Positions 5,455-10,490 of a stretch of DNA of 10,490 nucleotides are shown piece after piece; position 1 is the stretch's first letter, and the number at the start of each line of letters is the position of its first letter. The DNA is from Aggregatilineaceae bacterium. Its GTDB lineage: Bacteria > Chloroflexota > Anaerolineae > Aggregatilineales > Aggregatilineaceae. The stretch lies in contig DATAMF010000008.1 of assembly GCA_036260665.1 (NCBI GenBank), positions 1-10,490 on the forward strand, written 5' to 3'. The notes under the pieces are model-generated. The model was given only the letters and a program-made list of their open reading frames with translations. It did no database searches and had not been told where the DNA came from. Made by a program: the position numbers and the translations under genes.

Positions 5455-7272
5455 ATGGATAACCCACTTCCGCTGTTTTTACTGTTGGGAGTTGTCGCCG
5501 TGCTTGGTGTGCTGCTGGTAGCCCCTCGGATTATTCTGGGGTTGGTCATCATCAACGAGCGCCAGGTCGGTATTGTCATTAAGAAATTCTCGCGCCGCAG
5601 CCTTCCGGCGGGGCAGTTTGTCGCGCTCAATGGCGAAGCAGGCTATCAGGCCGACACGCTGGCTCCCGGCTGGCACCTCTGGTATTGGCCCTGGGTCTAC
5701 CAAATCGTCAAAGTTCCGGTGATCGTTATTCCGCAAGGTGAGATCGCGCTGGTGGTAGCTGCCGACGGCGCGTCGATTCCGCCGGAACGTATCCTGGGCC
5801 GCATTGTGCCCTGCGATAACTTCCAGGATGCGCGTAAATTTCTGATCAAAGGCGGCGAAAAAGGACGCCAGCTTGGTATCCTGACCGCCGGAACGTATCG
5901 CATCAACAAGGCGCTGTTCACCGTGATCAGTGTCGATGATGCCCAGGAACACGGCATGTCGCCCGAACAGTTGATGGTCTACCGCGTGTCGGCGGATCGT
6001 GTCGGCGTTGTGACCACCCTTGATGGTATGCCTATTGAGCAGGGCGAAATCGCCGGACCGATCATTGAAGGCCACGACAATTTCCAGAATGCACAGAACT
6101 TCATGGCGGCGGGTGGTCGGCGTGGTTTGCAGGAACAGGTGCTGCTGTCCGGTTCGTGGAATCTGAATCCCTGGTTCTTGCAAATCGAACAGGTTCCCAT
6201 GACCGAAATTCCGATTGGGTATGTCGGCGTGGTGATCTCGTATGTCGGTAAGGCACACGAGGACGTGAGCGGTGTCGAATTCAAACATGGTGATCTGGTC
6301 AACCCCGGCCACAAGGGTGTCTGGGTCTCACCGCTGTATCCCGGCAAGCACCCGCTCAATACTCGCGTGATGAAAACTGAACTCGTCCCAACGACCAACA
6401 TTGTGCTCAACTGGGCCGAACGCACCGAGGCACACAACTACGACGCCAAGCTGTCTTCGATCACAGTGCGATCTAAAGACGGGTTCGCCTTCAACCTCGA
6501 AGTCGCCCAGATCATCCATGTTGGCGCGCTGGATGCGCCCAAAGTAATCTCGCGCGTCGGCTCGATGCAGAATATGGTCGATCATGTCTTGCAGCCGATT
6601 GTGGGTAACTACTTCCGTAACGCTGCACAGACCTCGACGGTGCTCGACTTCCTCAGCGCCCGTAGCGAACGCCAGTCCGAGGCCGCCGAGCATATTCGCA
6701 AGGCGATTGGGCTGTATGACGTGCAGGCGATTGATACGCTGATTGGTGCGATCACGCCGCCTGAATCGCTCATGACGACGCTGACAGATCGTAAGATCGC
6801 GGAAGAACAGCGCAAGACCTATGAGGTCCAGCAGGAAGCGCAGAACCAGCGCCAGCAGTTGGTCCGCGAAACCGCCTTGGCCGACATCCAGCAGCAAATG
6901 GTGAAGTCGGAGCAGGGCGTTAGCATCGCCGGGTTGGATGCCGAGGCCCGCATCAAGCAGGCGGGTGGTGAAGCCGAATCGATCAAGCTGCGCGCGGCGG
7001 GTGAAGCCGACGCGATCCGTGCGACGGGTGAAGCGAAGGCCGAAACCTACCGCCTGGGTGCTTCCGCACTGGGTTCGCAGGGGTATACCGCTGTCCAGTT
7101 GATGCAGTTGATTGCCGAAAACCAGATTCGCATCGTGCCCGATGTCCAGGTCAGCGGCGGCGGCAATGCTGCCGGGATGATCGAAGCGTTGTTAGGACTG
7201 AAATTGCAGGGTCAGGTATCCGGCAACGGCGCTGTGCCTGCTGCCGAAGATGGCAAGACGGTTGAGAGCTAA
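5455..7272 (+). CDS. Flotillin-like SPFH/band-7 domain protein (YqiK/COG2268-type), with an N-terminal TM helix and a C-terminal Ala/Glu/Gln-rich coiled-coil.
   Basis: Ribosome binding site CAGGAG 6 nt before ATG 5455. N-terminal TM (LFLLLGVVAVLGVLLVAPRIILGLVII). Repeated P-x-GE...GG..G.Q..L..G.Y.iNp modules, as in FloT/YqiK. SPFH core at roughly aa 300-430 (ITVRSKDGFAFNLEVAQIIHVG...). Flotillin-type EA-rich tail (AEARIKQAGGEAESIKLRAAGEADAIRATGEAKAE). Confidence 0.8.
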   Translation: MDNPLPLFLLLGVVAVLGVLLVAPRIILGLVIINERQVGIVIKKFSRRSLPAGQFVALNGEAGYQADTLAPGWHLWYWPWVYQIVKVPVIVIPQGEIALVVAADGASIPPERILGRIVPCDNFQDARKFLIKGGEKGRQLGILTAGTYRINKALFTVISVDDAQEHGMSPEQLMVYRVSADRVGVVTTLDGMPIEQGEIAGPIIEGHDNFQNAQNFMAAGGRRGLQEQVLLSGSWNLNPWFLQIEQVPMTEIPIGYVGVVISYVGKAHEDVSGVEFKHGDLVNPGHKGVWVSPLYPGKHPLNTRVMKTELVPTTNIVLNWAERTEAHNYDAKLSSITVRSKDGFAFNLEVAQIIHVGALDAPKVISRVGSMQNMVDHVLQPIVGNYFRNAAQTSTVLDFLSARSERQSEAAEHIRKAIGLYDVQAIDTLIGAITPPESLMTTLTDRKIAEEQRKTYEVQQEAQNQRQQLVRETALADIQQQMVKSEQGVSIAGLDAEARIKQAGGEAESIKLRAAGEADAIRATGEAKAETYRLGASALGSQGYTAVQLMQLIAENQIRIVPDVQVSGGGNAAGMIEALLGLKLQGQVSGNGAVPAAEDGKTVES

Positions 7273-7289
7273 ACCATAGATTGTACGAT

Positions 7290-7325
7290 GGGGCGACTCA
7301 TGCCGAGTCGCCCCCTTTGGTTTGA
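7290..7325 (+). terminator. Strong intrinsic terminator after the flotillin-like gene.
   Basis: Perfect 10-bp stem GGGGCGACTC (7290-7299) with GAGTCGCCCC (7305-7314) and loop ATGCC, followed by CTTTGGTTTG. Confidence 0.75.
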
Positions 7326-7334
7326 GGGAATGCG

Positions 7335-7769
7335 GTGCTAAAAACAAAGCGGAAACGCTCGTTTGCCTTTCACTCACCCTATGACCTGGATGTCTGTGCG
7401 ACTCGATTAGCGGGGCTTGCACCGCAGATCCCAACCGGCGTGTTTGAAAAAACACGCTTCATCAAAGTTGAGCGACTGGACGCAGATCACTATCTGTTTC
7501 ATTTGAGACAGGATGCCGGACCAACGCTGCTTGTTGAAATCAAAGGGACGCTGGTGAAAACCGGGCATTCTACTTATGTAACCGGTGTCGGGCGGGCGGG
7601 CCTTCTCATCTTGGGTCTGATCGTGCTTATTTCCCTTTTCAGCGTTATCTTTTCCCCGCTCGGTCTAATTGTAGCGCTCTTTTTTAGCTGGATATTTTTT
7701 GACCAGACCAGCCTGGCCCACAAGCGGCTCTACGAATGTGTATTGGACGTGTTAGCCGGGCAGCCCTAG
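7335..7769 (+). CDS. Hypothetical small membrane protein (144 aa): N-terminal ~85-aa soluble domain plus a C-terminal hydrophobic hairpin of two TM helices.
   Basis: It is the only long ORF in this 435-bp stretch. The GTG start at 7335 is preceded by GAGGGAA. There is no internal Met. C-terminal helices: AGLLILGLIVLISLFSVIFSPLGLIVALFFSWIFF. The start lies only 10 bp after the flotillin terminator. Confidence 0.5.
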   Translation: MLKTKRKRSFAFHSPYDLDVCATRLAGLAPQIPTGVFEKTRFIKVERLDADHYLFHLRQDAGPTLLVEIKGTLVKTGHSTYVTGVGRAGLLILGLIVLISLFSVIFSPLGLIVALFFSWIFFDQTSLAHKRLYECVLDVLAGQP

Positions 7770-9013
7770 CTCACCAGCATCAGCCACCCGATCCCAATCG
7801 CTGTCGTCAGCACGGTGATCGGAACGCCCGCTTTCAGATACGCCCCAAACGATAGCTTCACGCCTCGCTGCGCCGCGATCTCCGCCACGATCAGATTCGC
7901 TGCCGATCCCAACAGCGTCAGGTTGCCCGCCAGCGTGGACGACATCGCCAGTACCAGCCACGCTTGCTGCGGATTGGGCAGCGCTCCAATTTGCGAACGC
8001 AGCAGCAGCACCGTCGGCACATTCGAGATCAGGTTGCTGAGCAGCGCCGAAATCGCGGTCAGCGGCGCGATCCCACCCCGGATCAGGGGACGGATCGCGG
8101 CAAATAAATCTTCGCTCAGGCCGCTCGTTTCCAGCGCCCCGGTGACGACAAACAGCCCGCCGAAAAATGCCAGCAGACTCCAGTCAATCGCCAGCAGTTT
8201 GTCAGGTCGCAGCCGTGAGACGAGCAGCAGCCCGGCGGCAACACTCGCCGCGGATACAATCGGCAGCCCCACCACAAACGCGATCATCAGCCCGCCCACA
8301 ACGCCCAGCGTACGCCACAGCAGCGGCTTATAGATGTGCGGCGGTTCCATGTCCACCGGATTCAGCGCCGAGCGAAATTCCTGCCGGAACACCAGCACAA
8401 TCACGATCCAGCACACGGCCAATCCCAGCAGCGCGACGGGCGCGAGATGCAGCAGAAACGTCAGATACGAGATGCCGCTGCTGTGTCCAATGATCAGATT
8501 TTGGGGATTCCCCGTGATCGTCGCGGTAGAGCCGACGTTCGTCGCCGTCGCCAGCCCGATCAGATACGGCACCGGATCGCGTTTGAGGCGCAGCAGCAGT
8601 TCAACCACCAGCGGCGTAAACAGTACGCAGATCGTATCATTCAAAAAGAAAGCGGAGAGAACTCCCGCCGCCGCGATAACCAGCGCCAGCAGCACACGCG
8701 GCGTATGCGCCACCCGCAGCACATAATAGCCCACCAGATCAAAAAATCCGGCCAGCCGGAGATTGTTGTTAATGACCATCATCGAACCCAGCAGCAGAAT
8801 CGTGCCGACATCCAGCGAACCAATCGCTTCTTCTTCGCTGAGAATGCCCAACGCGATCAGGATCGCGGCGGCTGCCAGGGCCATCGTCGCGCGGTTCATG
8901 CGCAGTCCCGGCACATGTCCTACTGCAATGCCGGTATAGGTAATCAGGACAATCGTCAGGGTCATACCCTGCGTCACATCGACGGAATTCACGAGCTTAC
9001 TCTTTCTTGTCAA
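7766..9013 (-). CDS. YbiR-like anion permease of the ArsB/NhaD superfamily.
   Basis: Strong collinear resemblance to E. coli YbiR (GYFDVLG..., FLNDT..VLF.PLV, TGNPQNLIIG), with a multi-TM profile throughout. The start is uncertain. The TTG at 9013 gives 415 aa, and the ATG at 8965 (MTLTIVL...) gives 399 aa. The 3' end overlaps the convergent small membrane gene by 4 bp. Confidence 0.75.
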   Translation of the reverse strand: MTRKSKLVNSVDVTQGMTLTIVLITYTGIAVGHVPGLRMNRATMALAAAAILIALGILSEEEAIGSLDVGTILLLGSMMVINNNLRLAGFFDLVGYYVLRVAHTPRVLLALVIAAAGVLSAFFLNDTICVLFTPLVVELLLRLKRDPVPYLIGLATATNVGSTATITGNPQNLIIGHSSGISYLTFLLHLAPVALLGLAVCWIVIVLVFRQEFRSALNPVDMEPPHIYKPLLWRTLGVVGGLMIAFVVGLPIVSAASVAAGLLLVSRLRPDKLLAIDWSLLAFFGGLFVVTGALETSGLSEDLFAAIRPLIRGGIAPLTAISALLSNLISNVPTVLLLRSQIGALPNPQQAWLVLAMSSTLAGNLTLLGSAANLIVAEIAAQRGVKLSFGAYLKAGVPITVLTTAIGIGWLMLVS

Positions 9014-9025
9014 AACGCCCGCCGT

Positions 9026-9054
9026 ATTATAGGACGGTTGTTTCCAGATGTCGC
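9026..9054 (-). promoter_or_regulatory. Putative promoter for the YbiR-like permease (minus strand GCGACA-17-TATAAT).
   Basis: The minus-strand TATAAT is the reverse complement of plus 9026-9031. A -35-like GCGACA (reverse complement of 9049-9054) lies 17 bp upstream. Confidence 0.35.
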
Positions 9055-9056
9055 CC

Positions 9057-9078
9057 GTGAATTTTCCTAAATATTCAC
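9057..9078. promoter_or_regulatory. Inverted repeat GTGAAT-N10-ATTCAC immediately upstream of the permease -35; candidate operator.
   Basis: The 6-bp perfect arms straddle the TAG stop (9067-9069) of the upstream ABC-2 permease gene. No U-tract follows on either strand, so it is unlikely to be an intrinsic terminator. Confidence 0.3.
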
Positions 9079-9861
9079 ATTAATCGCGCTGCCGCTTTCG
9101 TACCGCCGCAGGCCGATCTTGAATACCACACTCAATACGATCACACTCGCTGCCGCCGCTCCCGCCAGCGCGCCGAGCAGCGATAGGCTGTGCGTCTCCA
9201 CCACGTCCACCGGGACCGCGCCAACGAATCCCGCCGGGATCAGCGTGAACAGGATCAGGCGCAGCACACCCTGAAACAGCCCGAACGGATACAGCGAAAA
9301 CGTGATCATCGTGTTCATCAGATGGAAGGAAAGTTGGTTGGCGTTTCCCATAAAAAATGACAGGCATCCCACCAAGGCCGCAAACGACGCAAAGATCACG
9401 GCGGTCAGACCAGCGCATAGCAAAAACAGCCCAATCGACACCAGATCAAAGCGCCCGGTGAACAGATACGCGATAAATCCAAAAGTCAGATCGCCCACTG
9501 TGAACGGGTCCATCCGGCTGAACAGCAGATGCGTCAGCACCGGGCGCGGCAGCGTCAGGTAATAATCCAGCCGCCCCTGTGCCACGAGATCGACCACCCG
9601 CGACGCGTTCCCCGCGAATGTGAACGCCAGCCCCCAGCCCAGCGCGACGATGGCAAACAGCAGAAAAATCTGGTCGATCTGATAGCCGCGTATCTGTTCA
9701 AAGCGGTCAAAAAACATCAGCCAGAACACAAAATAAATGCCGTTGTTGATGAACATCCCAATCGCCTGGCTGATGAATGTGGCGCGATATTCCATATTAC
9801 TCGCCAGATTCAGCTTGATCAGGTGGTTGATAAACCCCAATTCGCTCCGTATGAATTTCAC
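9067..9861 (-). CDS. ABC-2-type transporter permease subunit (COG4587/COG3694-like uncharacterised ABC permease pair, member B).
   Basis: 264 aa with about 6 TM segments. The GTG start at 9861 is preceded by GGGGGA. It lies 1 nt after the stop (9863-9865) of the upstream paralogous permease (TAGcGTG), which indicates translational coupling. Confidence 0.75.
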   Translation of the reverse strand: MKFIRSELGFINHLIKLNLASNMEYRATFISQAIGMFINNGIYFVFWLMFFDRFEQIRGYQIDQIFLLFAIVALGWGLAFTFAGNASRVVDLVAQGRLDYYLTLPRPVLTHLLFSRMDPFTVGDLTFGFIAYLFTGRFDLVSIGLFLLCAGLTAVIFASFAALVGCLSFFMGNANQLSFHLMNTMITFSLYPFGLFQGVLRLILFTLIPAGFVGAVPVDVVETHSLSLLGALAGAAAASVIVLSVVFKIGLRRYESGSAINVNI

Positions 9862-9862
9862 G

Positions 9863-10490
9863 CTATCCCCCGTTAATGCTCACCCGGCGCGCCCCGTAGC
9901 GGAACAGCAGCCCCAACAGCACGGCGCTGCCGCCGATCCATAGCCCTTGCAGGCCCAGCATCTGATAGAATTGATCGGCATCCCATGCGACAAATAGCTT
10001 GGACGGCGCATACAGCACGAGGTTGAACGGCAGCACCCGCGCCACCGATTGGATCGCCCCTGGTAAAAAATCGATAGGCAGCAGCAGCCCGCCCAACACA
10101 AAGTTGGTTTTCTGATAAATCAATCGAAATGCCGATGTGTCCTCGACGAAAAACGCCAGCAGTCCGATAGCCGCCGAAATGCAGTAATCCAGAATGTACG
10201 CCAATACCGTGATCAGAATCACCGCGGGCAGCGTGTCGAGCCGGAATGTTTCCAGTGGCCCCACTTCGATCCATGCCACCACCGCGCCAAACAGCACAAT
10301 ACACACCACGCGAATCCACACGCCGCCCAACCCGGAGAAAAAGTGATAGAGCAGGTAGTGGTAGGGGCGTCCCAGCGTATACGCCAGGCTGCCGTCCTTC
10401 ACTTCATCCTGAATCGTGCGCGACACCTCGATTTTGGAAAGCTGGATCAGTTCGGCCCACATGAAATACCACAGCGTCTGGTTGAGCGTC
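9863..10490 (-). CDS. ABC-2-type transporter permease subunit (member A), 5'-partial: the N-terminus lies beyond the window edge.
   Basis: The frame stays open upstream of the track's Met at 10462 through to 10490 (...TLNQTLWYFMWAELIQ...). Multi-TM hydrophobic profile. It is a paralogous partner of the 9067-9861 gene. An ATPase gene is expected further upstream, outside the window. Confidence 0.7.
   Translation of the reverse strand, partial: TLNQTLWYFMWAELIQLSKIEVSRTIQDEVKDGSLAYTLGRPYHYLLYHFFSGLGGVWIRVVCIVLFGAVVAWIEVGPLETFRLDTLPAVILITVLAYILDYCISAAIGLLAFFVEDTSAFRLIYQKTNFVLGGLLLPIDFLPGAIQSVARVLPFNLVLYAPSKLFVAWDADQFYQMLGLQGLWIGGSAVLLGLLFRYGARRVSINGG

Noticed and set aside
5479-6312. 277-aa minus-strand ORF (also 6328-6897 and 5979-6437 minus ORFs).
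   Set aside because: Antisense to the flotillin-like gene, which has clear family motifs and a ribosome binding site. No recognisable motifs. Shadow ORFs.
8336-9070. 244-aa Arg/Gln/His-rich ORF on the + strand (also 7815-8333, 8167-8493 and 8334-8726 + ORFs).
   Set aside because: They lie entirely antisense to the well-supported YbiR-like permease gene. Their extreme Arg/Gln/His-rich low-complexity composition is typical of shadow ORFs in GC-rich DNA.
1-10490. Scan for CRISPR arrays, tRNA/rRNA genes, IS elements, integrases and toxin-antitoxin pairs.
   Set aside because: No regularly spaced direct repeats, no tRNA-like cloverleaf candidates, and no transposase or integrase-like ORFs were found. 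The window looks like a stable chromosomal region.

Overview
This is a GC-rich (~58-60%) bacterial chromosomal window. It is densely coding on both strands, with AGGAG-type ribosome binding sites and several clean intrinsic terminators. I see no rRNA, tRNA, CRISPR array, IS element or integrase signature. Gene order is as follows. (1) A 5'-truncated DinG/XPD-family Fe-S DNA helicase on the + strand. (2) A convergent small membrane protein that looks Fet4/low-affinity-iron-permease-like. (3) A monocistronic efp gene for elongation factor P, with an extended -10 promoter and a terminator. Its loop-tip residue is Arg32 rather than Lys, as in Thermus/Deinococcus/Chloroflexi-type EF-P. (4) A convergent 163-aa hypothetical protein with duplicated Pro/Asp/Gly-rich loops. 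(5) Divergent from it, a small Cys-rich putative zinc-binding protein whose gene overlaps and is translationally coupled to a HAD-hydrolase::DinB_2 fusion protein. (6) A flotillin-like SPFH/band-7 protein (YqiK/COG2268 type), followed immediately after its terminator by a small membrane protein of unknown function. (7) On the - strand, a YbiR-like ArsB/NhaD-superfamily permease, preceded by two overlapping ABC-2-type permease genes. The second of these runs off the 3' edge of the window. The least-described parts are the Cys-rich/HAD-DinB pair, the divergent Pro/Asp/Gly-rich protein, the flotillin plus unknown-partner pair, and several intergenic inverted repeats that look like operators. All family assignments come from motif recognition by eye and need a database search to confirm.
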